Shown in pieces: positions 16,966 to 25,689 of a stretch of DNA of 59,140 bases; positions within the stretch are counted from its first letter, which is position 1, and every line of letters begins with the position of its first letter. Below the pieces are notes generated by a model, which was given only the letters and a program-made list of their open reading frames with translations, did no database searches and was not told the DNA's origin. Source of the stretch: an uncultured virus (IMG/VR IMGVR_UViG_3300030376_007244) (Duplodnaviria; Heunggongvirae; Uroviricota; Caudoviricetes); IMG/VR virus record IMGVR_UViG_3300030376_007244; one strand, written 5' to 3'. The position numbers were made by a program, and so were the translations under genes.

Positions 16966-17873
16966 TGTCGCATAACAATCACGTACTTGATGGAGAGAAC
17001 AAGGATCTGAAAGAGTATAGCCGAGAGTGGTATCTAGAACATACTAAAGATTGGATAGATCCTTATGGCATGCCTGTGGTATCGCAGCATGATTATTTTA
17101 ACGTGGTTAGAGACGATATGATAGTGGGGAGTAAAGCTAGGTTTGGGGATTATCTCATGAGCCAAGTCAAGGAGGACACTATCGTTTATGTGCAGCCAAG
17201 GAAGGGACTTGCAGGAGTCTCGATTTTAGAAGCTGCGAAAAGGTACGGTAAAAAGGTTGTACTATTCATGCCCTCATCAAAACAGGTATCGGATCATCAA
17301 GCTGTGTGCATTGAAAGAGGGGCCGTACCAAAATTTAGGAGAATTGCGGCCATGCCTAATTTAAATAAAATGGCCAAGGAGTACGCTAAACAAACCGGTG
17401 GATTTTTCGTTCCATTAGGTTTATATCACCCACTTGTAGTTGCTGGAGTGGTAAGGGTGGCGGATAACATAGCGAAACATTATGGAGAACCCGATGAAGT
17501 ATGGTGCGCCATATCAACTGGTGTCCTTTCAAGAGGACTTCAGATCGGGTGGCCTAACGCTAAGTTCTATTCAGTCGCTGTTTCTAGAAACCTCAAAGTA
17601 GGCGAGCTAGGTAGATCAGATGTAATATCTGATCCGCTACCCTTTTTAAGAAACGAAAAGAAAGAATGGTGGCCTCCGTTTCCAACTGTGTACAATTACG
17701 ATGCAAAGGTTTGGAAATACATGAAACATAAGGGTACAAAGTCTGTAGGTGGTACAACAGGTGCATGGATGTGGAATGTTGGAGCGGAGCCAGAGTTAAT
17801 AGACGAGACTATTTACGATAGAATAGATAGTCAAAGAGAATGGGGAGAAATCAGAGATGATCAATCTAATTGA
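16965..17873 (+). CDS. PLP-dependent enzyme, fold type II (ACC-deaminase/TrpB-like)
   Basis: 'VVRDDM..GSKAR' (PLP lysine), 'AAKRYGKKVVLFMP', 'FFVPLG', 'EVWCAISTGVLSRGL', 'YDAKVW'. Confidence 0.8.
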   Translation: MSHNNHVLDGENKDLKEYSREWYLEHTKDWIDPYGMPVVSQHDYFNVVRDDMIVGSKARFGDYLMSQVKEDTIVYVQPRKGLAGVSILEAAKRYGKKVVLFMPSSKQVSDHQAVCIERGAVPKFRRIAAMPNLNKMAKEYAKQTGGFFVPLGLYHPLVVAGVVRVADNIAKHYGEPDEVWCAISTGVLSRGLQIGWPNAKFYSVAVSRNLKVGELGRSDVISDPLPFLRNEKKEWWPPFPTVYNYDAKVWKYMKHKGTKSVGGTTGAWMWNVGAEPELIDETIYDRIDSQREWGEIRDDQSN

Positions 17874-18066
17874 AAAGGTACTAAATAAGTACGGTGTAAA
17901 GCATCATGACATTAGCACTAGAAGTTTAGCTGAACTACTAGTTGCCCATATGACCATTGGTTTTGAAGGAAAACGAGGCTGGTATTGGGATAGTAGTGAT
18001 TATGATGGTCAAAATGAAGAAAAGAGAAAGCTTATAGAGAAGTATGAAGAATTTAGTATTAGATAA
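17857..18066 (+). CDS. Hypothetical protein
   Basis: ORF track; overlaps its neighbours. Confidence 0.55.
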   Translation: MINLIEKVLNKYGVKHHDISTRSLAELLVAHMTIGFEGKRGWYWDSSDYDGQNEEKRKLIEKYEEFSIR

Positions 18067-18733
18067 GGGGTTTGTAGAACTAGTCGATACGTTAGGTACA
18101 GATCTAACTGTTGTCAATTCTGCAAGAGTTTCCTTCGGTAAAAGAAAGACTACGTTTGATAAACAAGACAGGGCACTAGTGAGGTACTTAGCAAAGTATA
18201 AACACTTTTCACCGTTTAGGCACATACAAGCTCAGTTCCATATAAAGGCTCCTGAATTTGTTATGCGACAGTGGTACAAGCATGTTGTTGGAATAGAAAC
18301 GTCATCTAGTAGTTCCACAAAAGATCATGCTTGGAATGAGATCTCAGGTAGATACGTAGAAGTTACAGACTTTTATACACCAGAGATTTTTCGTCAACAG
18401 TCTAAGGATAACAAACAGGCAACTGAAGGTGCAATAGAAGATCAGGATAAAGCATTGCAATCTTGGAACGATGCACATTGGTATGCAAACCTTTATTATA
18501 AAAGTTTACTAGATGCTGGTGTGGGTAAGGAACAAGCTCGGGCAATTCTTCCATTGTCTCAATATACTGAGGTTTATTGGACTGCTAGTTTTCAGGGTAT
18601 AATGAATTTTATAGAACTCAGGTATGAAAAGACTGCGCAAGTAGAGATACAGGTTTATGCTGAAGCTTTGCTTAAAGTTATGAAGGACAAGTTTCCAGAA
18701 ACCACTAATGCATGGATGAGCAGAAATGCATGA
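18044..18733 (+). CDS. thyX: Flavin-dependent thymidylate synthase ThyX
   Basis: 'VNSARVSF...KHFSPF...APEFVMRQWYKH...WNEISGRY...GVGKEQARAILP...AQVEIQVYA'. Confidence 0.92.
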   Translation: MKNLVLDKGFVELVDTLGTDLTVVNSARVSFGKRKTTFDKQDRALVRYLAKYKHFSPFRHIQAQFHIKAPEFVMRQWYKHVVGIETSSSSSTKDHAWNEISGRYVEVTDFYTPEIFRQQSKDNKQATEGAIEDQDKALQSWNDAHWYANLYYKSLLDAGVGKEQARAILPLSQYTEVYWTASFQGIMNFIELRYEKTAQVEIQVYAEALLKVMKDKFPETTNAWMSRNA

Positions 18734-19431
18734 TCAATCCTAGACTACATAATCCTCACGTACCATTAAATAATGTATACAAGTCTCAGACTCCTTCTTC
18801 GTATCTTATACTGAATGATTTTTTAGAGAAGACAGTTATAACAAGTTTAGTGAATGAATCTAAACTAATTACAGAGGATGCTTATGATAGGAACTCTGAT
18901 GGTGAATACGATAACCACAAACACAGTAATTTAAAACGTGGTGTAAGAGATATAAACAAACTTCCTACTGTAATGAAACTTGTCTGTCAGTACTTTAACA
19001 GTCGTAGCTTTATGAAGTGGCTGAGAAATGTTACAGGAAATCCTGACTTGGTACCAGACGATAGCTATCATGGAGGTGGTTTTCATCATACACTACCAGG
19101 TGGACATTTAGAAGTGCATAAAGATTTTAGTTATCACGAAGGCATGAAGATGTGGAGAAAGGTTAACTTGTTAATCTACTTAAACGAAGGGTGGATGCCA
19201 AATCAAGGTGGTGAGTTGGAAATATGGGATAAAAAATTAAAGGTTAAACATGCTGTTGTAGATCCATCTTGGAATAGAGCCGTGATATTTGATGTTGATG
19301 GTACACCTCACGGTCATCCAACAAAAACAACAGTTGATAGAAGAAGTCTAGCATTCTACTACTATGATAAGAATCCAGTTTCAGAAAAAACTACAAGAGC
19401 TCATTGGAGAGAAGGAGATAAATTAGTATGA
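18730..19431 (+). CDS. 2OG-Fe(II) oxygenase
   Basis: 'GGGFH...GGHLEVHKDF...RKVNLLIYLN...GGELEIW...HGHP...RRSLAFYYY'. Start at the ATGA overlap, 18730. Paralog of 4126-4905. Confidence 0.9.
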   Translation: MINPRLHNPHVPLNNVYKSQTPSSYLILNDFLEKTVITSLVNESKLITEDAYDRNSDGEYDNHKHSNLKRGVRDINKLPTVMKLVCQYFNSRSFMKWLRNVTGNPDLVPDDSYHGGGFHHTLPGGHLEVHKDFSYHEGMKMWRKVNLLIYLNEGWMPNQGGELEIWDKKLKVKHAVVDPSWNRAVIFDVDGTPHGHPTKTTVDRRSLAFYYYDKNPVSEKTTRAHWREGDKLV

Positions 19432-20588
19432 GTATAGAACCAACAAAATACTATGATAACTTTTTAAAGTATTTTAAACTAGCTGAGAAGCAGCAACGAG
19501 ATTGTAACTTAGGCTTTACATCGCATCAAGAGTGGGATGGTGGAGATGATCTCATGTGTCAAGTAGAACTGTACGATGTTGTCGAACGTAAGTATGCAGG
19601 TTTTAGTCAGCTTGTCAATGATGTATTTTATGGATACAATGAAGATCATCCTTATTGGGCTAAGATGCAAAAGGGTATGATGTCTCCTCAGCGTAATGCA
19701 TTATCTCGTGCATGGCAAGATAAGCAGTCAGTGTTTGGTTTACCAGAATGGTTGTATGTTTTTATGGTGCACAGATTAACTGGTTCTGCAATTAATTATG
19801 CACAGAAACCGTCTGGATACCATAACACAATTGTACCACATTTCTATTTAGATAACACAATAGAAGAGATGACTGCTAGAATTACAAATGGAAAACATGA
19901 GCCGTTCTACACTTCAATTGGTTATCAATTTCCTGCATTTCCTAAACCACCTGAAGGATCAGAATATAAACGGAACGGTGATTATTTTATGGTTGAGCAT
20001 GTTCCTAAAATGGTTAGAGAATTGGCAGAGTGGTTAGAACAGGGAAACAAAAGAGAAATACGAGAAATAGGTGATTGGTTATTTGATTGGAATGTTAAGC
20101 ATGGCTTTAGAAAGTTTAAGTTTCAATATGCCGCATTCATATCTGATATAGCAGATTGGTTTCCACAGTATGTCGTTAGAGAGTCTATGTTCTACTATGG
20201 CACTAACGCAGTAGAATGCATTAAGTATATGGCAAAGCCAACCACTAGGATGAACAAGGAGAAGTTTATGGATGAGGTTATGGAAATGGTTTATAAAGAT
20301 ACAGGTTCTGTACCATATAATGCTGAAGATGTTATGTGTGATAGTATTAGATGGATAGAAAACTATATTAGACCAGGTGAAATGTACGATCATCTAGATT
20401 TCAACAAAGTATGGGGAACATCTAATATTATTGATCATCCAACAGGCAGACAAAAGATGATGTTGAATCTTGGATTGGTTGAAGACTTTAATGAGTTCAA
20501 ATCATTCCCGTCTGATACTAAAGTTTTAGACATGAACAACATGACAGTAGACGAGTATAAAGAGAAGGTTAATCAATACTTATCCTAA
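19428..20588 (+). CDS. Putative aGPT-Pplase / 5-hmdU-DNA-kinase-helical-like (HhH-related) DNA-modification enzyme
   Basis: N-terminal 'DDLMCQVELYDVVERKY...YVFMVHRL', later 'FQYAAFISD', 'YYGTNAVEC' and C-terminal 'NAEDVMCD'. The pattern recalls aGPT-Pplase families; PLP/ThyX context. Confidence 0.45.
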   Translation: MSIEPTKYYDNFLKYFKLAEKQQRDCNLGFTSHQEWDGGDDLMCQVELYDVVERKYAGFSQLVNDVFYGYNEDHPYWAKMQKGMMSPQRNALSRAWQDKQSVFGLPEWLYVFMVHRLTGSAINYAQKPSGYHNTIVPHFYLDNTIEEMTARITNGKHEPFYTSIGYQFPAFPKPPEGSEYKRNGDYFMVEHVPKMVRELAEWLEQGNKREIREIGDWLFDWNVKHGFRKFKFQYAAFISDIADWFPQYVVRESMFYYGTNAVECIKYMAKPTTRMNKEKFMDEVMEMVYKDTGSVPYNAEDVMCDSIRWIENYIRPGEMYDHLDFNKVWGTSNIIDHPTGRQKMMLNLGLVEDFNEFKSFPSDTKVLDMNNMTVDEYKEKVNQYLS

Positions 20589-20598
20589 AGGAGTTAAG

Positions 20599-20859
20599 TT
20601 GAACATATATGATTATACTATTCAGATGACTTCTCAACCTTGGTTTTATATGCTGTTAGGCTACGTAATGGGTTTCTTTACTTGGTACTTTTATGCACAA
20701 AGATTAGAACGAATTTACAAGAAGCATGTAAGTGAATTAGAGAAAGATCTAGATAGAACTGAAGATGAATTGCAAAGTGTTTTAATAAGGCATGGCGAAC
20801 ATGAAATTGATTGGCAACAAAACCTTTGGGTTAATGATACTGAGAAGGCCGAGTCATGA
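20599..20859 (+). CDS. Single-TM coiled-coil protein
   Basis: TTG start after AAGGAG; TM helix. Confidence 0.6.
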   Translation: MNIYDYTIQMTSQPWFYMLLGYVMGFFTWYFYAQRLERIYKKHVSELEKDLDRTEDELQSVLIRHGEHEIDWQQNLWVNDTEKAES

Positions 20860-21095
20860 AAGAAGGCGTAACATACAATAGAGCAGACAACGAAATATTT
20901 GTTAGAACAGATGGAGATTCAATATACGTTATATGCAACACAGAAGATCAAACAGATTTTATTGTAAGTAAAATGACAACACAACATTGTAAGCTAGTTG
21001 GATACGAAGAGTGGGACGAGAAGGATGATATGAAGTGGATATTAAAGTTTTTGGTTCATGAAGAAGGCCATAGCATGAATGAGGATTTAAACTGA
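20856..21095 (+). CDS. Hypothetical protein
   Basis: ORF track; ATGA overlap. Confidence 0.6.
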   Translation: MKEGVTYNRADNEIFVRTDGDSIYVICNTEDQTDFIVSKMTTQHCKLVGYEEWDEKDDMKWILKFLVHEEGHSMNEDLN

Positions 21096-21703
21096 GAGGA
21101 AAATTAACATACGATTTCAATGATACCATTGGAGTATTTCCAGATGCATTGACTAAGAATGAGTGTGCATCTATAGTTCAGGAATTCGAAGACAACATAG
21201 ACGAGACATTTGAAGGACTAACATCTGGTGGTGTACAACCAGAATACAAGCTTACACGTGATTGGACATTGGATCCAGATGGTGACATATTTAGGATGTT
21301 TGTTGATAGATCTAACACGTATGTTGATAAGTATTTAGATGGATATGGAGAAGAGGATTTGTGGGATCCATACACTATGTTTTCTGAGGGTTCACACTAT
21401 CCTTCATGGCAGATACAGCGATATACAAAAGGTGAAGGACATTATAATGCATGGCACAATGAAGAGCCATACCTGAAGAAGCATAGTAATAGAATGTTTG
21501 TTGTTATGTTTTATTTAAACGATGTCATCATAGGTGGTACCACAGAATTTTTATATACAAGGTTACAGATTACTCCAAAAGCGGGCACTTTCTGTATTTG
21601 GCCTGCAGGATTTCCATACGTACACAAGGGAAATATGCCAGCAAGTAACGATAAATATATTGCAACTACATGGCTATGCTCATCTCATCAGGAGGAAGAG
21701 TAA
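21092..21703 (+). CDS. 2OG-Fe(II) oxygenase (possible CTG start)
   Basis: 'QIQRY..GEGHY.AWHNE...RMFVVMFYLNDV..GGTTEF...WPAGFPYVHKG...KYIATTW'. Frame is open upstream of TTG 21149 to CTG 21092. Confidence 0.85.
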   Translation: MRGKLTYDFNDTIGVFPDALTKNECASIVQEFEDNIDETFEGLTSGGVQPEYKLTRDWTLDPDGDIFRMFVDRSNTYVDKYLDGYGEEDLWDPYTMFSEGSHYPSWQIQRYTKGEGHYNAWHNEEPYLKKHSNRMFVVMFYLNDVIIGGTTEFLYTRLQITPKAGTFCIWPAGFPYVHKGNMPASNDKYIATTWLCSSHQEEE

Positions 21704-21724
21704 AAAAAACGCATTTTTTTGAAA

Positions 21725-21764
21725 AAAAGCATGTACATTAACCGGTTTTTACGTGTAGATTCTA
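21725..21764 (+). promoter_or_regulatory. Putative early promoter, copy 5
   Basis: TGTACA-N18-TAGATT plus AATAAGAGGTTAC leader. Confidence 0.75.
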
Positions 21765-21785
21765 ATATAAAATAAGAGGTTACAC

Positions 21786-22115
21786 ATGAATAAAAACACT
21801 AAAGAGTTCAAACCAGACACAATCATCGGCGTCGAAGAAGTTGGTCCTGGTTTGAGAGAAGAAAAAATTGTAGATCTGCTTTTCGAGGGAAAAATGTTAG
21901 AAGAATGGGATCACAATCAAATAATCAAAAACAACCAAACTATCGGTATTGATTTTTACGAGAAGGATGGTGATTTGGAAATTGACGAAATCTGGAATAC
22001 TACAACAGGTGAAGTCTACAGAGAGTATAATGATTTACCAGAAAATAGAATGTGGACTCCTGGCGATGAACTAGTTGTTTCTTCATTATTAATGTGGGGT
22101 GAGTTAGATGGATAA
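21786..22115 (+). CDS. Hypothetical acidic early protein
   Basis: ORF directly behind the promoter/RBS cassette. Confidence 0.7.
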   Translation: MNKNTKEFKPDTIIGVEEVGPGLREEKIVDLLFEGKMLEEWDHNQIIKNNQTIGIDFYEKDGDLEIDEIWNTTTGEVYREYNDLPENRMWTPGDELVVSSLLMWGELDG

Positions 22116-22278
22116 AGAAAGGTTATTAGAATTATTAGAAGAGATTGATGACATCTTGACCGATGCTTATAACACAGGTCATGAAGGTGAAATCAATAGC
22201 GATTCATTGTATTATATAGATGCAGCTCAAGGTAAACTAGAAGATTTAACAATTAAAATAAATAAGGAGGATGAATAA
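22108..22278 (+). CDS. Small acidic protein (56 aa)
   Basis: Manual translation MDKERLLELLEEIDDILTDAY...KINKEDE; fills the gap. Confidence 0.55.
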   Translation: MDKERLLELLEEIDDILTDAYNTGHEGEINSDSLYYIDAAQGKLEDLTIKINKEDE

Positions 22279-22279
22279 T

Positions 22280-22402
22280 ATGGGTTATTCAGATTGCTGC
22301 GCTGAAGAAGTGTATGAAGATTATATGATTTGCTCAGGATGCAACGACCATTGTGGGTATCAGGAAGAAGATGATGTAGATTATGACGAAGAGAACGAAT
22401 AA
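22280..22402 (+). CDS. Small Cys-rich acidic protein (40 aa)
   Basis: MGYSDCCAEEVYEDYMICSGCNDHCGYQ...; SD AAGGAGG. Confidence 0.65.
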   Translation: MGYSDCCAEEVYEDYMICSGCNDHCGYQEEDDVDYDEENE

Positions 22403-22423
22403 TTTTTTCGAAAATAATTGAAA

Positions 22424-22463
22424 AAAAGCATGTACAATAACAGGCTTTTACGTTTAGATTCTA
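22424..22463 (+). promoter_or_regulatory. Putative early promoter, copy 6
   Basis: TGTACA-N18-TAGATT plus AAGAGGTTAC leader. Confidence 0.75.
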
Positions 22464-22485
22464 ATATAAAATAAAAGAGGTTACT

Positions 22486-22803
22486 ATGACAAACACAAAT
22501 AACAATTTCGTTTCAACTGAAGTAGACTTGGACAGAGATGTTCCAGGTGATGAAGCGTACTTAAGCTTTCATAACGCAGGTAAAGATACTGATGAGGTTG
22601 ATTTAATTACTGGGCATTTCGATGTTGACGTTGATGAAGACGGTCCATTTATTACATCTTCACTTGATGATGATCCAATATGTCACTACTCAGGTTTACC
22701 TTCTGTGGCATCATATAAAACAGAAGCTGATGATTTCGATCAGTACTTGACAGATCATCCCGATTTTAATGCAGCTTTAAACGGACACCCAGATTGGATC
22801 TAA
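22486..22803 (+). CDS. Highly acidic early protein
   Basis: Asp-rich ORF behind the promoter cassette. Confidence 0.7.
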   Translation: MTNTNNNFVSTEVDLDRDVPGDEAYLSFHNAGKDTDEVDLITGHFDVDVDEDGPFITSSLDDDPICHYSGLPSVASYKTEADDFDQYLTDHPDFNAALNGHPDWI

Positions 22804-22804
22804 A

Positions 22805-23380
22805 ATGATGTTAGAATCAATATTAGCGAAGCTTAATCCAGACGAATCAGTGTGGATTAAGCGAGAACTAAGTAAAGACCCATACAGAAGAGAAGAAATG
22901 GTTTCTCTACTTTTGAATGTTGGTAATACTGGATTTGGTCACAAATGGGATGGACAAGGTCCATTCGAATCAGAATGTGGAAAGGTGTTTGACTATTTAG
23001 AATATAAAACTAGTCAAGCTAAGAAGTATAATGGATTATTAAAGTTTCACGATTATCCGAAGTCAAAGACTTTTGATTGGATAGAAGACAATGTCATGTT
23101 AATGTATGCGACGTTTGCAGATGGTGAGATTGAATGTGTGATTGGTATTGCACCAATCATTAACGGTTTTATGCAACCATGGGTAATGCAGTTAGCAAAT
23201 CAAGTTGCTCACGGTGTTGCTAGCCCCACAATTGCTAGAACAGAATGGGAAGATTCAGCAGTTTGTTTAGAACATTTTACTGGTGAATTCAAAAATCCAA
23301 AGTCTTATACTAAGGGTATGAGAGAATTAATAATGAGATTACATGAAGATAATACGCCCACTTTTACAAGAGATACATAA
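22805..23380 (+). CDS. Putative PD-(D/E)xK nuclease-like protein
   Basis: 'WDG...YLEYKTS' resembles a D...ExK catalytic motif. Confidence 0.4.
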   Translation: MMLESILAKLNPDESVWIKRELSKDPYRREEMVSLLLNVGNTGFGHKWDGQGPFESECGKVFDYLEYKTSQAKKYNGLLKFHDYPKSKTFDWIEDNVMLMYATFADGEIECVIGIAPIINGFMQPWVMQLANQVAHGVASPTIARTEWEDSAVCLEHFTGEFKNPKSYTKGMRELIMRLHEDNTPTFTRDT

Positions 23381-23768
23381 AGATAATCCATGGCAAATGT
23401 TAGTTTGCTGTATCTTGCTCAATCTTACACATAGACGACAAGTCGATAAAGTAAGAGAAGAGTTGTTTGATCGGTGGCCTACACCTGAACACATGATGGA
23501 AGCAAACGAAACAGAGTTGGCAGAATTACTTAAACCACTTGGCTTCTATAATAAACGTGCTAAGACATTAATAAAGATGAGTAAACAGTGGGTAACAGAC
23601 GATCCAACATGGATACATGTAGGTGATTTACCAGGAATAGGTGAGTATGCAATGGATTCGTGGGAAATATTTCAGATGGAGAATGTACCTAAAGATCCAG
23701 ATATGGTACAAGATAAAGTTTTAAAACAATATATAAAGGAATATTGGTATGCAAGCAGTAGTAACTGA
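23343..23768 (+). CDS. HhH-GPD DNA glycosylase, MBD4-like
   Basis: 'PWQMLVCCILLNLT...WPTPE...LLKPLGFYNKRAKTL...LPGIGEYAMDSWEIF...DKVL..Y'. Confidence 0.85.
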   Translation: MKIIRPLLQEIHKDNPWQMLVCCILLNLTHRRQVDKVREELFDRWPTPEHMMEANETELAELLKPLGFYNKRAKTLIKMSKQWVTDDPTWIHVGDLPGIGEYAMDSWEIFQMENVPKDPDMVQDKVLKQYIKEYWYASSSN

Positions 23769-24324
23769 AATAAATGTAGATGATTTGTATGATCCAGATT
23801 ATATATCTGACACGTACGTTAGAGAACTAGATCGTATGACTAGTGGAATATATGAATCAGATAAACGTGGTAGATCTAAAGAAGAAATTGTTTTAACTAC
23901 GCTTAGAGGTTTAGCATCAGAAGTTGCCTTCACTAGAAAGTTTCCACAATTCTGCAGGCATAATCAACCTCCATTTGCATTCGATGTTGCAAACTTAACA
24001 GGTACTAAAGGAACGAGGATAGAAATAAAATGTCCTAAGAAAGATAAAGATTGGTGGGTCCCAGTTCATTACGATCATTTTTACACTAATGCACATAAGA
24101 AAAATGTCGACTATATATGCAATACGTATTTAGATAATAAAAATAGATTTTATATTAAAGCGATAGCAAATGCATATTCGTTTGAACGGTACGTTAAACA
24201 AGGACCATATAATGAGTACTACAATCATCATGCAGCAATTAAAGATGGTGAATGTTGGATTGGTAGTAATGCAGTTAACAAAATAAAGGAAATAATACAG
24301 GAGTTCGCATGGAACGATTTTTAA
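23749..24324 (+). CDS. Putative PD-(D/E)xK nuclease-like protein
   Basis: 'GLASEVAF...FDV...RIEIKC' has the E...D...ExK spacing. Confidence 0.5.
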   Translation: MQAVVTEINVDDLYDPDYISDTYVRELDRMTSGIYESDKRGRSKEEIVLTTLRGLASEVAFTRKFPQFCRHNQPPFAFDVANLTGTKGTRIEIKCPKKDKDWWVPVHYDHFYTNAHKKNVDYICNTYLDNKNRFYIKAIANAYSFERYVKQGPYNEYYNHHAAIKDGECWIGSNAVNKIKEIIQEFAWNDF

Positions 24325-24442
24325 AAGTATGTAGTAATGTAATCGATTTCATCGTCGGAAAAGAAGCCGTTGAAGAAAAGAAATACGTTAAACCTAAAAG
24401 TAAACCTAAACGAAAGTATACTAGGAGGAAACAAAAGTCTAA

Positions 24443-24685
24443 ATGAAAAAGTTAGAAGAACTAATGGTAATCACCATGGAAGAATGTGGTGAACTAATAC
24501 AGGAATGTAGTAAAGCAATAAGAAAAAAACAATTCACTAAGAATGACAAGCTTATTCAAGAACTTTGCGATGTTAAATGTATGATGGATCTAATGATAGA
24601 AAATAAGATTGTCACCAATATGGAACTAAACAATGGTGCGTCACTTAAGAAAATGAAACTAATGAAATGGAGTAATCTGTTATGA
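24443..24685 (+). CDS. MazG-like NTP pyrophosphohydrolase
   Basis: 'MEECGELIQECSK...IQELCDV' (EExxE...ExxD). Confidence 0.75.
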   Translation: MKKLEELMVITMEECGELIQECSKAIRKKQFTKNDKLIQELCDVKCMMDLMIENKIVTNMELNNGASLKKMKLMKWSNLL

Positions 24686-25602
24686 ATTATGGCTATGCAT
24701 GTATAAACATGAAATTATCATATCCACCTAGGGGTGTTCAACGAATTACAACTGGCAGATCTATGATTAGACGAACGTTCCTAGAGAAGGGACATGGTTA
24801 TGCCAGTGAAATCACACTTAAGAATGCAAAAGATCTAGATAAAATTATCGATTGGAATATTCTGAATGGCTATAAGTTTTTTCGTATGACATCTACACTT
24901 GCACCATGGAAATCAGAATATGAATGGACAGATCTTCCTGATCTAGATCAAATTAAAATGTATTTACATTCTGCAGGTACAAAGGCCAAAACTCATGGTC
25001 TTAGATTGACTACACATCCTGGTCCATTTAATGTTCTAACTTCTCCACACGAACACGTTATACAAAACTGTGTTAAGGATTTGGAATACCATGGAGATAT
25101 GATGGACTTTATGGGTCTAACTAAAACACCATACAACAAAATTAATATACATCTAGGTGGTGCATATGGTGATAAAGAATCTGCAATGGACAGATTTTGC
25201 AAAAATTTCGAGTTATTATCAGAATCAGTTACGTCTCGATTGACAGTCGAGAATGACGACAAAGAATCAATGTATTCAGTAAAGGAGTTATATAATGGAA
25301 TATACAATCGTATTGGCGTGCCCATCGTGTTCGACTATCATCACCACAGGTTTTGTAATGGCGGGCTTAGTGAACGTGAAGCACTTGAGCTTGCTATGTC
25401 AACGTGGCCTGAAGGCATTACGCCAGCGGTTCACTACTCAGAATCGAGAAGCTTAGAGAAGGAAGATCCTAAAATCAAACCTCAAGCACATTCAGATTAC
25501 GTCTTTGATTATATCGACACATATGGAAACGATGTTGACGTTATGATCGAAGCAAAGAAGAAGGAGCTAGCAGTTGAAAAGTATCTTGAGTTACATGGTT
25601 GA
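24682..25602 (+). CDS. uvsE: UV-damage endonuclease
   Basis: 'GYACIN...FFRM...RLTTHPGPF...INIHLGG...RLTVENDD...VFDYHHH...VHYSES...AHSDY...DVMIEAKKKE'. Confidence 0.93.
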   Translation: MNYGYACINMKLSYPPRGVQRITTGRSMIRRTFLEKGHGYASEITLKNAKDLDKIIDWNILNGYKFFRMTSTLAPWKSEYEWTDLPDLDQIKMYLHSAGTKAKTHGLRLTTHPGPFNVLTSPHEHVIQNCVKDLEYHGDMMDFMGLTKTPYNKINIHLGGAYGDKESAMDRFCKNFELLSESVTSRLTVENDDKESMYSVKELYNGIYNRIGVPIVFDYHHHRFCNGGLSEREALELAMSTWPEGITPAVHYSESRSLEKEDPKIKPQAHSDYVFDYIDTYGNDVDVMIEAKKKELAVEKYLELHG

Positions 25603-25689
25603 TAAGATTAAAAAGTTTTTGTTTTTACTTTGGTATAAACGACACTTAAAACATAGAATAGAAAAGAATAATTTTGGAAGGAGAGAAGA

